Under the pieces are notes generated by a model. That model made no database searches. It was not told where the DNA came from and saw only the letters and a list, made by a program, of their open reading frames with translations. The position numbers and the translations under genes were made by a program. 64,000 bases of DNA from assembly GCF_024521635.1 (NCBI RefSeq), contig NW_026250432.1:310001-374000 (forward strand). The letters run 5' to 3'. The DNA is from Tricharina praecox. Taxonomy: Eukaryota. Positions 10,857 to 23,166 of this stretch are shown here, one piece after another (positions within the stretch are counted from its first letter, which is position 1; each line of letters begins with the position of its first letter).

Positions 10857-13800
10857 ATGGCTTCGTCTCTTCCCCGCCGGTTCGCCCTCTCCTCCTCCTC
10901 CCTCAGACCGGCCCGGACACTACTGCCGTCGTCTTCCACACAGTCCTCGAGGGCTCTGTCATCGCTGTCGAGGCTGCTTCCCCGGGCACAGAGCAGTAAT
11001 GCCGCTTCGAAAACTGTAGGCCAGACCTCCGCGAGGTGGGCGGCCATCCAGCAGGCACGAACATTCACCTCGTCGAGGAAGTTGTTCGCCGACGAGGCCC
11101 CCTCGACCAAGGCCTACATCGCCTCGAACGCGATTGCCCGTGTCCAGGACCTGGTGGATGTCAACAAAGTGTTGGTCATCGGTAGTGGCGGCTTGAGCAT
11201 TGGACAGGCGGGAGAGTTTGACTACTCTGGTACGGACCACTCGATTCTCCCTCATTGCTGGCTCAACTGCTGACGGTGGTGACGAATAGGCTCGCAGGCT
11301 ATCAAGGCACTCAAGGAGGCCGGCAAGAAGTCGATCCTCATCAACCCAAATATCGCGACCATCCAGACGTCGCATTTCTTGGCCGATGAGGTTTACTTCC
11401 TGCCCGTCACCCCGGAATACGTCACGCACATCATTGAGCGGGAAAGGCCAGACGGTATCCTGCTCACCTTCGGAGGACAGACCGCTCTGAACGTTGGTGT
11501 CCAGATGGACAAGATGGGTATCTTTGACCGTTACGGAGTCAAGGTGCTAGGAACCCCAATCAAGACTCTGGAGACCAGTGAGGATCGTGACCTGTTCGCG
11601 AAGGCTCTGCACGGTATGGCGCCTCCCTAGAATCGGTGATGAGCTTGAGACTGACATGCTGTGCAGAGATTGATATCCCGATCGCTGAGTCCATCGCTGT
11701 CAACACTGTCGACGAGGCATTAAAGGCCGCCGAGACGATCGGATACCCTCTCATTATCCGTTCCGCCTACGCCCTCGGAGGTCTGGGATCTGGATTCGCC
11801 AATAACCCCCAGGAGCTCCACGATCTGTCGGCCCGCTCGCTCTCGCTGTCGCCCCAGATCCTGGTTGAGAAATCGCTCAAGGGCTGGAAGGAGGTCGAGT
11901 ACGAGGTTGTCCGTGACGCCATGAACAACTGCATCACCGTCTGCAACATGGAGAACTTTGACCCTCTCGGTGTTCACACCGGTGACTCCATCGTCGTTGC
12001 GCCTTCGCAGACGCTGAGTGACGAGGAGTACCACATGCTCCGGTCCGCCGCCATCAAGATCGTCAGGCACTTGGGTGTCGTCGGAGAGTGCAACGTTCAG
12101 TACGCGCTCCAGCCCGACGGACTCGACTACAGGGTCATCGAGGTCAACGCTCGTCTCTCGCGATCGTCCGCCCTGGCTTCCAAGGCCACCGGATACCCGC
12201 TCGCCTACACCGCGGCCAAGATCGCTCTCGGACACACTCTGCCTGAGCTGCCCAACGCCGTCACCAAGACCACCACTGCCAACTTTGAGCCTTCGCTCGA
12301 CTACATCGTCACCAAGATTCCCAGGTGGGATCTGAGCAAGTTCCAGAACGTCAACCGCGACATCGGCTCTTCGATGAAGTCGGTCGGTGAAGTCATGGCT
12401 ATTGGACGTACCTTCGAGGAGTCCATCCAGAAAGCCATCCGTCAGGTTGACCCTCAGTACCTTGGATTCCAGGGTGCTCACTTCGAGGACTTGGATGAGG
12501 TTCTCAAGAACCCCACCGACCGCCGATGGCTCGCCGTTGGTCAGGCCATGTTGCACGAGGGCTACAGCGTCGACAAGATCCACGACATCAGCAAGATCGA
12601 TAAGTGGTTCCTGTACAAGCTCGAGAACATCGTCGAGATGTACAAGAAGCTCCAGGACATCGGATCGCTCTTCGGCATCAACAGCGAGCTCCTGATGCAG
12701 GCCAAGAAGATGGGGTTCTCCGACAAGCAGGTCGCCATCAGCGTGGGCTGCACCGAAGATGAGGTTCGCGCCAGGCGTAAGTCGTTCGGAATTCACCCCT
12801 GGGTCAAGAGGATCGACACCCTCGCCGCCGAGTTCCCCGCCGAGACCAACTACCTCTACACCACCTACAATGCCACCGAGCACGACGTCAAGTTCGAGGA
12901 CAACGGAGTTGTCATTCTCGGATCTGGAGTCTACCGTATCGGATCGTCTGTCGAGTTCGATTGGTGTGCCGTTTCTTGCACTCTCGCCCTCAGGGAGATG
13001 GGTGTCAAGACCGTCATGATCAACTACAACCCCGAGACCTACTCGACCGATTTCGACACCGCCGACAGGCTGTACTTCGAGGAGCTCAGCTACGAGCGTG
13101 TCATGGATATCTACGAGCTCGAGAACTCTACCGGTGTTGTCGTGTCCGTCGGAGGACAGCTTCCTCAGAACATCGCCCTCAAGCTCAAGAACAAGGGCGC
13201 CAAGGTTCTGGGAACTGACCCCGAGGACATCGACCGTGCTGAGGACAGACACAAGTTCTCCAAGATCTTGGACAGCATTGGTGTCGACCAGCCCGCCTGG
13301 AACGAGTTGAAGTCGGTTGATGAGGCCCGTGTCTTCGCCGACAAGGTCGGATACCCCGTCCTCGTTCGTCCCTCGTACGTGCTGTCCGGTGCCGCCATGA
13401 GCGTCATCCGCAGCGAGTCGGAGCTCGAGGCGAAGCTCAACAACGCCTCGAGCGTGTCCCCCGAGCACCCCGTCGTCATCACCAAGTTCATCGATGGTGC
13501 CATGGAGATCGACGTCGACGCCGTTGCCTCCAAGGGTAACCTGATCATCCACGCCGTTTCGGAGCACATTGAGAACGCCGGTGTCCACTCCGGTGACGCT
13601 ACCCTGGTCCTTCCCCCCGTCACTCTTGACGACAGCATCATGGCCCGTGTCAAGGAGATCGCCGAGAAGGTCGCCAAGGCATGGAAGATCACTGGTCCCT
13701 TCAACATGCAGATCATCAAGGAGGAACTGGAGGACGGCAGCTTTGCGCTCAAGGTCATCGAGTGTAACCTCCGTGCCTCGCGTTCGTTCCCCTTCGTCTC

Positions 13801-14551
13801 CAAGGTCCTCGGAACCAACTTCATCGATGTCGCCACCAAGGCTCTCGTCGACAAGCAGGTGCCTGAGCCCACCGATCTGATGAAGGTGCCCCGCGACTAC
13901 CTGGCGACCAAGGTTGCCCAATTCTCGTGGACTCGTCTTGCCGGTGCCGACCCCTTCTTGGGCGTCGAGATGTCGTCGACCGGAGAGGTTGCCTGCTTCG
14001 GAAAGGACCTGGTCGAGGCCTACTGGGCGTCGATCCAGTCGACCATGAACTTCAAGGTTCCCCAGCCCGGCTCGGGTATCCTTGTTGGCGGTAACACCAA
14101 GAAGCCCGAGATTAAGAAGATCGTCGAGTACCTTGCGCCCATGGGCTACAAGATCTTTGCCACCACAAGTACCACCGCCAACGAGCTCAAGGCCTTGGTC
14201 AGCGGCGTCGAGGTCACTGTCATCGAGTTCCCCAAGACCGACAAGCGCAAGCTCCGTGAGGTCTTTGAGAAGTACGACATCAAGGGTGTGTTCAACCTGG
14301 CGGATAAGAGGGCTGAGGACATGCTGGACGTGGACTACGTCATGCGCCGCAACGCCGTTGACTTCAACGTTCCCCTCTTCATGGAGCCCAAGGTATGTGA
14401 TTCCGACCCCGGATGAGTGGGAACAATGCTGACGATGATATAGACTGCTGTGCTGTTTGCCCAGTGCTTGAGCGAGAAGCTGCCGTTGGGTGAAGGTATC
14501 CCCGCCGAGGTCCAGAGGTGGTCCGAGTTCATTGGCGGAAAGCCTTTGTAA
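10857..14551 (+). CDS. CPA2: Arginine-specific carbamoyl-phosphate synthase large subunit with probable mitochondrial presequence; exons 10857-11229, 11290-11613, 11667-14392, 14444-14551
   Basis: [29 protein letters not shown] after splicing; two ATP-grasp halves ([20 protein letters not shown]); MGS-like C-terminus; Arg/Ser-rich N-terminus; no fused GATase or ATCase domains. Confidence 0.96.
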
Positions 14552-15110
14552 AGGGTCAGTTAGGGACGGTTTGGGGGATTGATTGGGGATTTGAAAGGCG
14601 TGTTGGGGGTTCGGGATAGATGCATTTCTTTTTCTTTTCTTTTTCTTTTTCATATCCTCATGTAAGGTATTGGCTGGTTGTTTCTTTTCTCTTTCCTATT
14701 TTGGTTTTTTCTCTGCGATTATACTCTAGGGTGACGACTTTTTCGCGGGGTTCTGTTGTTTCCTATTTCCTCTTCCTTTTTTTTTCTCTTCTTCTTTGTG
14801 TATAAAGTAGTAGTTGGTGGATTGTGGTCGTGGTGGTGGTGTAGTGCAGGCAAAATATCTCTTCTTTTGGTTCGGAAGTTGAGTGACATGGCTTGATGAT
14901 TGATGATTGATATAATTGCGAAGAGAAGAAAAGAAACCCCGATTTTTTGGCCCACTAAAGGAGCTACATTCAACGATTACCACCCGTGGATCGCAAACAG
15001 GCAAACAGGCAAACAAAGGCACCCGATAAACATCAACATGAACATATAACGAAACCTCCAAAGGAGCAGACATAATTATCATACAGCCGCGCCCCCATCA
15101 ACCGCACTTA

Positions 15111-16277
15111 TCACTCATCATCCTCCAGCTCATTCACCACCGCCTGCACCTCCGCAATGAGTTTCCTGATGTCCGGTCTCTCCGCAGGCTCGATTTTGAG
15201 ACACATCCGTACCAAATTCTTGACCGACTCGCTGACGTCCTTCTCGCCGACCTTCCTGCCGCCCAACCTTCCCGGCTGCGGGAACGAGTAACTGCCAGAA
15301 CAAATCGCAAGGGCCAGACTACCACCACTCTCCTCAGTGGCGAGCTCAAACGGCGAGTGTCCATAGAGTGCGCAGAACAGCGTGCATCCCAGACTCCAAA
15401 TATCGACCTTCTCGTCTATGACGGAGCCGGTCTTGACATCGAACAGCTCTGGCGCGCGGTACGGCATGGTGCTAGTCTCGGCGGCATTGTCTTGCACGGC
15501 GAGCGCCATCGTGCGTGACGTGATGTGGAGGGGAGATGCGCTCAGGCTGCCGAAATCCATCACCACTGGCGTCACCCCGTCGTCGCTGATCATTATGTTC
15601 CCCGGCTTGAGGTCGCGGTGCGCGAATGCCCGTGGTGTGCCCGCCGCCTCCGGAGGCGCCCGCCCGCCCATCAGCGGCGCGGAAGAGTTGCCCGACTGCT
15701 CCTCCCCCTCCCCCGCTCCCTCCCCCGCCCCCGCACCCCCCTCCCCCGCCGGCCCGGAAACAGTATGCTCATGCAGTGCGCGCACGCCCTCACACACGCC
15801 GAGAAACAGCCTCACCAACATCCTCTCCGGAAAATTGGTATGATTAACCAAATTCGCGTTTACCGCATCCTGCAGATTACCCCTCCGATAATACGGCAAG
15901 AGTATATAGACCGTTTTCTCCGCCTGATCTCCCTCGCCATCGCTTCCCACGACCGTTGCGCCCCCCCTCCCACTCGACGTGACTACAGCGTAGTCCACGC
16001 TCGCGATAAGGTTCGGATGCGAGAACTGCCGGTAGCTCTCTGCTTCGCGCACGGCGAGCGAGACGGACTCGCGCCCGAACGGACATCGGATCTTTTTCAA
16101 AGCGTAGATTGAGCCCGAGGATGTGCTGCGCACCAGGTACACGTACGAGAACCCGCCCTCCCCGAGGAGCGAGAGGATCTTGAAGGTCCGCGCGTTGATT
16201 GTGAGGTTCGGGCTCGAGGGGAAACAGGAGATGCAGGTTGTCAAAGAGTAGAGCAGGTCTAGGAGGTATTGCGCCAT
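15111..16277 (-). CDS. ENV7: NAK-family Ser/Thr kinase, Env7/STK16 orthologue (388 aa)
   Basis: LGEGGFSYVYLV, YALKKIRC, HRDLKPGN, MDFGS, TMPYRAPELFDVKTGSVIDEKVDIWSLGC; N-terminal cysteines (CISCF). Confidence 0.88.
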   Translation of the reverse strand: MAQYLLDLLYSLTTCISCFPSSPNLTINARTFKILSLLGEGGFSYVYLVRSTSSGSIYALKKIRCPFGRESVSLAVREAESYRQFSHPNLIASVDYAVVTSSGRGGATVVGSDGEGDQAEKTVYILLPYYRRGNLQDAVNANLVNHTNFPERMLVRLFLGVCEGVRALHEHTVSGPAGEGGAGAGEGAGEGEEQSGNSSAPLMGGRAPPEAAGTPRAFAHRDLKPGNIMISDDGVTPVVMDFGSLSASPLHITSRTMALAVQDNAAETSTMPYRAPELFDVKTGSVIDEKVDIWSLGCTLFCALYGHSPFELATEESGGSLALAICSGSYSFPQPGRLGGRKVGEKDVSESVKNLVRMCLKIEPAERPDIRKLIAEVQAVVNELEDDE

Positions 16278-16505
16278 TGTTGCGGTTGCTGCTGCGAAGG
16301 GAGGGGCGGGGGCGCGGCGATGGGCGGTGGGGTGCGAGTGTGGTTCGTTGGTTGTGCGTCGTTGGGTTGGGGAGCTGTGCAGAGTGTCCGGCAGCTCCTG
16401 GCTGATGAGGCTGAGCTGTCTGTCTGACTATCGGACGCGGGTAAACGGTCGCCGGAGAAGTGGATGTTTGCCATGAGATTGGGTAGGTGAGTTTGCAGAC
16501 ATCAA

Positions 16506-16592
16506 GGTCGCTTAGCTCAGTTGGTTAGAGCGTGGTGCTAATACAACAAGTATGCAACGCCAAGGTCACAGGTTCGACCCCTGTAGTGATCA
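16506..16592 (+). tRNA. tRNA-Ile(AAT) with 13-nt intron at 16544-16556
   Basis: Acceptor stem GGTCGCT/AGTGATC; D arm TAGCTCAGTTGGTTAGAGC; anticodon AAT at 16540-16542; T loop GGTTCGACCC; followed by a T-run Pol III terminator. Confidence 0.95.
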
Positions 16593-16998
16593 TTTTTATT
16601 TTGTTCTGGTGGCGCCGGTGGTAGGTGGTGGGTGTGCTGCCTCGAGGACAATGGGCCGGTTCAGCGACTGGTTTTTTGTTTCATTTACCTTTCATGTGTT
16701 AAACCTGAATGGCCGTCGTTCGTATCCAGCTCGTGGTCACTGGTGATACAGACTCAATCAATCTACGGCTGAAATCGGCTTGTGAAACCTGCACAAACAC
16801 GCTAAACCCCATTCTTTCAGGCTGAGCGGCAATACAAGGCCAGGCGAAGCTCCCATGGATTTCGATATGTGGCATCTTTTGCGACCTCGAATCCGCACCA
16901 CCACCCGCGAGCACTCCTCGTGAGAAACATCCAGCCAAACAACTCGATCACCAGACTGCCCACCGATATAAACCACCCGCACCTAACCTTCTTCCACC

Positions 16999-18260
16999 AT
17001 GGCGAGCAGATCACGCTTGACCCGCTTCGACGCGTTCAGCAAGACGGTCGAGGATGCGCGGATACGCACCACCAGCGGCGGCCTGGTCACCCTCGCGTCC
17101 GTCATCATGGTGCTGTTCCTCGTCGTCGGCGAGATCAGGGACTACCGCAGCGTGCAGGTGCATCCCGAGCTGGTCGTCGACAAGAGTCGGGGCGAGGTAT
17201 GTAAACACCTATGCTGCTGCGCGCACAGACCCGCTGGCTGGTGGGGTGCTGACTGACCGACTGTGGGTAGCAATTGCCGATCAACCTCAACATCACCTTC
17301 CCCGACATTCCGTGCAACCTCCTGACGCTCGACGTCATGGACGTGTCGGGCGAGCAGCAGACGGGGATCACGCACGGCGTGCACCTGACGCGGCTGACCG
17401 CGCACCCGGAGTCGCGGCCGCTGTCGACGGAGCAGCTCGACCTGCACGGGGACGTGGCTTCGCACCTCGACCCGTCGTACTGTGGCGAATGCTACGGCGC
17501 GAAGCCGGCGGGCGAGAAGCAATGCTGCAACACATGCGAGGAGGTACGGGAGGCGTACGCGGCGAAGGAGTGGGCGTTCGGCGACGGATCGGGGGTGGAG
17601 CAATGCGAGCGGGAGCACTACTCAGAGCACATCCGCGCAATGCGCGACGAGGGCTGCAACGTCGCCGGCCACCTCAGCGTCAATAAGGTCGTGGGCAACT
17701 TCCACTTCGCGCCCGGAAAGAGCTTCTCCACCCCGCAGATGCACGTGCACGACCTGCAGCAGTTCTTTGCCTCCCCGAAGGAACACACGTTCTCGCATGT
17801 CATCCACGCGCTCAGCTTCGGCCCCGAACTCCCCGTCGGCAACGTCGACCCAAACCCCCTCGATAAGACGAGCCACTTCACAACCGAGCGCAGCTTCAAC
17901 TACATGTACTTCATCAAGGTGGTGTCGACGTCGTTCCTGCCGCTGGGCGTGCAGCCGGGCCAGCCGGGCGCCATCGAAACACACCAGTACTCGGTGACCA
18001 GCCACAAGCGCAGTCTCAGCGGCGGCAGCGATAAGGAGCACCCCGACACGCTGCATGCCCGTGGAGGCATCCCAGGCGTCTTCTTCAGCTACGATATCTC
18101 CCCCATGAAGGTCGTCAATCGCGAGGTGCGCGAGCGCACGTTCCTCGGATTGTTGACCGGGATATGTGCAATCATCGGTGGTACCCTCACGGTAGCGACG
18201 CTCGTGGATAGGACACTGTATGAGGGCGGCATGAGGATACGGAAGATGCATCAGGGATAG
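16999..18260 (+). CDS. ERV46: ER-Golgi COPII vesicle protein Erv46/ERGIC3; exons 16999-17196, 17271-18260
   Basis: FDAFSKTVEDARIRTTSGG, CGECYGA...CCNTCEEVREAY, GNFHFAPG, GIPGVFFSYDISPMKV; two TM segments. Confidence 0.93.
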
Positions 18261-19148
18261 GAGGGATAGGCAGTGGGCTTCGTCTTGTTTGATTTGCAAC
18301 GGGTTTGCAGGGTGGGGGAATTGGTAGATGTGATTTGTGTTTTCTGTTACCCATTTGTGTGTTTGCTTGCTTGCTTGCTTGCTGTTTCCTTGGGCGTATT
18401 TATCGTGTGTGCTTTTGTGCTCGCGGGCTTGTGGGTTGTGGGTTGTGGGCAGGGCAGCCTCCTTGCAATGGAAGGTTGAGGTTTGATACCATTTTACTCT
18501 TAGGTACTCTTGAGTGAAGGCGGGTTGAGTTGTTCAGTAGGAGTTGCAGGAATGAAAAGTAGTAGAGCCAACTCATTCCACAATCGAGCTCGAACAATGT
18601 GGACTTCCAAGCAGCGACCTACTTCAGAAGAAGAAGAATGGGTTCTTGAGTGCCAATAGCAGCCCACACGTCATCACTCGCTATCAAATATCCACAGAAA
18701 AAAACGAACAGCCCCTCCCAGTTGCTTCAATTGGATATCTAATCCACTACTACTCCTCCCGTCTCCTCCTCGGCCGCAACACCTCTCCCATCCTCACGCG
18801 ACCTCATCACAACCACCACCGTATTGAAAACGTGCCAGCCAGCCGACCAGCGGACCCCCCAGCAGATGTACCCCGCGAGCAAGCGCGAGTTCGCCATCGC
18901 GCCGCCGATGTGATGGGTTTATGTCTCACTCACGATCATGGCTGAGTGGTAGGTGGGCGTTGTGGACGAGAGGCGACTATCTACCGTGAGGTGGACTGCC
19001 GCCCAGTATATGCAATGTAGTATGTATCTTGATGAATCTGTAATTACCCCTGATGTTTATGCACCGTCCCAATGCCATCCCCTCCTTCCCATCCCTCACC
19101 CTCCTCCCATCTATACACCCCCCCCCCCCCCCTTCCCTCCCCTCCCCT

Positions 19149-19718
19149 CTACCCGACCCTAACCCCCTCCACCCCCCTCCTTACACCCATCGCCCAACTC
19201 GCGCACCCGGGATTCCTCACGATAAAATCAACGACCCTCTCCCTGCCCCACGCGGGTGTCTCCGTGCCCTCCAGGACCGCCCTCAGCACGCCCGCAAGCT
19301 CTGCCTTCTGCAGCGGCGAGACCTTCGCCTTCAGCACGCGGTCGCGGAGCAAGCCCATCTCCTTCCGCTTCGCGTCCTCGCCCGCGGCCGCGAATAGCTG
19401 CTCGATAAGCGGCGCAAAGTCATCTTCCCCCGAGACAGAAGAGACGGCTGGCAGCGGCGAGCCGCTGCGGCTGAGAAGTGCCGGCGGAAGGTCGTTCCAG
19501 TGTGATTCGATCGTGCCGGTTTGGTGGGAGCGCGCGGCGGTGCTGGGGGTCAGCGTACCGTCCTTCGGCGGCGGAGTGGGTGGCAGTGGTGGTGCCGGCA
19601 GAGGGATCGTGGGCGGTGGGAACGGCGTCTTGACGTTTGTTGGGGGCGAGGGGAGCGGGATGGTCGGCGGCGGGAGCGGCGGGAGCTCTTTCTTCAGCGA
19701 GGAGGTGAGGGATGGCAT
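19149..19718 (-). CDS. Small proline-rich protein with WNDLPP motif and SRA1/Sec31 C-terminal-like helical domain (189 aa)
   Basis: ATG-initiated intronless ORF; PPP-rich N-terminus, SHWNDLPP, C-terminal SWAMGVRR resembling the SRA1/Sec31 WMVGVKR motif. Confidence 0.65.
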   Translation of the reverse strand: MPSLTSSLKKELPPLPPPTIPLPSPPTNVKTPFPPPTIPLPAPPLPPTPPPKDGTLTPSTAARSHQTGTIESHWNDLPPALLSRSGSPLPAVSSVSGEDDFAPLIEQLFAAAGEDAKRKEMGLLRDRVLKAKVSPLQKAELAGVLRAVLEGTETPAWGRERVVDFIVRNPGCASWAMGVRRGVEGVRVG

Positions 19719-20791
19719 GTTCTTTTCGTGGTCGTGGGGTGGTCGTGGGATGGTCGTGGGATGGTCGTGAAGTGAAGTGGTGAGGGAGGGTGAGGTGAAG
19801 TGGTGAAGGGGGGTGAGGTGTTAAGAAAGAAGGGAGCTGGGAGAAAAGGTATGGGAGCTTGCTTAATGGCTGGCTGGCTGCTCGCCTCTCAGACCCTGTC
19901 GATCGAGTCCGTAAATAGATGGTCGGTAAGTACTACCAGTAACCAAGTAGTAAGTAGGGACCACATGCAGGCTCCACCGCTTCGCAGCTCCCTCCAGAAC
20001 ACCGCTCGCTCTCACGCATGATCACTCACCGGCGACCAAAAGTCTTCAGGCGACGGTTGACAGAACTCCCCCCGGATTGCATTGCGAAGGTGCATCCAAG
20101 TAACGCAGTAAACTCCACTGGGAAAAGAAACGGCAACGAAAAGCCAAAGAAAATCGTCACCTTCCTTCCTTCCATCCTTCCTTCCATCCTATCTCCTCGT
20201 AACTACACGCAGAAATCACAACCTCACGACGCACGTTGAACTGCAGCAAGCACGCACACACACATACCGTAGGTACCCAGTAAGTAGCAGCAGGACGCAA
20301 GCATATAAAGCACAGTCGAAAAAAAAATGATCTGATCTGACGAGAACGAACAATGAACCCCCCCATCCCCTTACAAAAGAAAAAAAGCAAAGAAAAAAGA
20401 ATAAAACGGAGAAAAAACGGAGAAAAAGAAGATGAAGAAAGGAAAACAGAAGGAAGGGAAGGAAAAAAACAAGATTCGCGCAACCAAGGAAAAAGAGAAG
20501 CAAGCAAGCACGTACTAACTTACGTAAGTAAATCAGCACTCACTTAAGCCCCCGTCAAGCCAAAACCTCCCATAGATCCTCTCGCAATCATCATTCCCCG
20601 CGAGAAAAGGAAAAAAAAGCCATTATTCTACACCTTGCCCATTGAAATTGTCATGCCTTCACACCAGAGATATCCGTTTCCCCTTATCGTAGCCTTTCCG
20701 TCACATCCTTCACCAGCTTTTCGTGCGTACAGAGAGAAAGAAAAAAAACAGAAAAGAAAAGACAAAAGATATCGATGTGTCATTCAGAAAG

Positions 20792-23166
20792 CTACGCCTC
20801 AACCTCTTCCTCGGTCTCAGCCTCAGCCGCCTTAGAGTCGGTAGCAGCAGTGGCAGTTTCGCCCTCCTCCTTGTCGGTAGAGGCGGCGGCAGCAGCAGGT
20901 GCGTCTTTCATGGTGACTTCAGTGAGGACGAGAGTCTCTCCCTTGCGCTCAACCACCTCAACGCCAGCCTCAGGAGCGTCAGCAGCTTCCGCAGGGAGTC
21001 CGGCCTTCTCAGCCTCTGTCACCTCCTCCTTCTCAGTCTTGGTCTCCTCGGCCTCAGCCTCAGCCTCCCCGTTGACGCCATTCTCTTTCACCTCCTCATC
21101 TTCCTTAGCAGACTCATCGGCCTTACTCGGCTCCTCAGCCTTAGCGGGCTTGTCGGCGTTGCGGATAGTCTCTACCCACTTCGCATGGAGCGGCTCGGAT
21201 CTCGCCTTGAAGGTATAGGTCTCCTCGAGGGGAATCGCGAAATCAACATTCATGATTCCACGAAGTACCTTGTGAATCTTGGTGGACTGTGAAATAATTA
21301 GCTTCCACTCATTATCCCGCAAAGTGGAGAAATATACCTTGATAAGATCGGCAGGCATGTCATCCCACTCCTCCAGAGACGTGAGCCACTTCGACAGCTC
21401 GGCCATTTCCTAGTCTTGTCAGCGACTGTCAAAGCATCGGGAAAGCAATCTGCATACCTCTTCCATAGGAGGCGTCTTGTCCTTGTTCAAGAACGCCTTC
21501 TGAAGCTTGTGCCGTCGGTGAAGGATGTACTTGTGCTGGTCCTCGGCGGAGAGGGTCCTGGGATCAGTTGAGGACTGCTCTTCCGACTTCTCGGTCTCGC
21601 TCTCCTCTGATTCGACGACCTCCTTGCTCTTCGCAGCAGCGGCCTTCTTCTTCGCAGGCGCAGCCTTCTTCTTGGAAGCAGTCGCCGGAGGAGATGCCTT
21701 GTCCTTGGGTGCAGCAGCACTCTTCTTTGCCGACGCTTTGACGCCATTTGCGGGAGTTTTGGGGGTCTTCGCCTTAGCTGGAGTAGGAGTAACTTTCTTC
21801 GCCGGGGTCTTGCTGGTAGCAGCGGTTTTCGGAGTCTTCGCCTTGGAAGCAGCGGCCTTCTTCGGTGTCTTGGCCGGCTTCTCAGACTCTGCCTCGTCGT
21901 CACTAGCGGACTCGGACTTCTTGCGCTTCTTGCCGCGAGCAGCCTTCTTCTTCTTGGGCTTCTCGTCGCCACTGGCCTCCTCATCCTCGTCTACCTCCAT
22001 CTCATCTTCTTCTGGTGATGGCTCAGCGACCTCAACGTCCTCGTCCTTCGCCTCCTCTTCCTCGTCGACGTCCATGACCTCCTCCTGAAGACCCTTCACG
22101 TCGTCGAGAGAGAAACCTTGAGCAGCCTCGGAGAAGGCTTCATTGAGCTTCTTCGCCTTCTTGGAGGCCGCACCACGCTCAATTTTCTCGGTAGACAGAG
22201 GCTCGAGATCACTGGCGGCAATCCAGGAGCTGTTATGAAACGCGCTTGTCAGCCAACCCAAGAACAAAAAACAGGGATGATAGCCAAACCAGCCATTTCC
22301 TCGATATGAAGGTGATGTGGTTTTTTTTCTTTTGAGGATCAAAGCGCAGGAGGGTGTGCGGAGGCGAAAACCAGTCAAAACTCAGGGGGGAAAAGCAACC
22401 ATCCACGCCCACAATTTTAAGAGCACATTCCTCGCACTCTCGCATGATGCCATAAAAACGGGCAAAGACGGAGGTCCGGAATTTTGACTCCGCTTCCAAA
22501 AATGAGGCCGGTGATGGTTTGGTACAGGAAGAAACACAAGCAGGATGAAAGAAAAACTCACTATTCATATGTTCCCATGTAGAAAATCGGGTATTGAGTA
22601 GTCCAGGCAGCGTCTCCGAGTGACTCCAGCGACTTCGCGTTTCCAGCAGTCGGCTTGACAGCCATGATCTCCGGAAGGAGTTCCTTGCTGAGGATGATCG
22701 CTGGCCACGGGGGAAAACTGCGCATCTTTGCCAGTACGTATTGGCCAATCTCGTACTTGGTATCGGCAGCAGCAGGGCCGCCTGTCGACTTCCGCCTGAG
22801 ATTGGCGAGCGACTTTTTCTTCCCGATCGACTTCAGGGCCCCTTTCTTCTTCTTCGAAGCGGGAGTAGCAGCCGGCTTCTCAGTCTCGGTGGCGACAGCG
22901 ACATCGGCATCGGCAGGCGTCTCGTCCGCAGCCTCCTTGGTCGCGTCATTCTCATCTCCATTGGTCTTGCTCTCCTCAACGGTCTCTTCCTCATTCGCCT
23001 TCTCCTCGACCGGAGCATCCTTCTTCTCTCCGACAGACTTGCTCGCGTCGTCATCGCCAGCGGGCTCAACAGAAGACGCGACCGCGTTATCTTCCGGGGC
23101 TGCCTCAACAGACTGCGCAGGCACCGCGTCGGGCGACTTTCTCGTGGTCGCGTCTTCAGCTGCCAT
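20792..23166 (-). CDS. PWWP-domain chromatin protein; exons 23166-22562, 22229-21458, 21409-20792
   Basis: IGQYVLAKMRSFPPWPAII...YPIFYMGTYEYSWI restored across intron 1; K/A-rich and acidic linkers; helical C-terminal domain (TKIHKVLRGI). Confidence 0.88.

Noticed and set aside
11720..14653. 977-aa antisense ORF overlapping CPA2
   Set aside because: Shadow of the strong C/G-ending codon bias of CPA2; no recognisable motifs.
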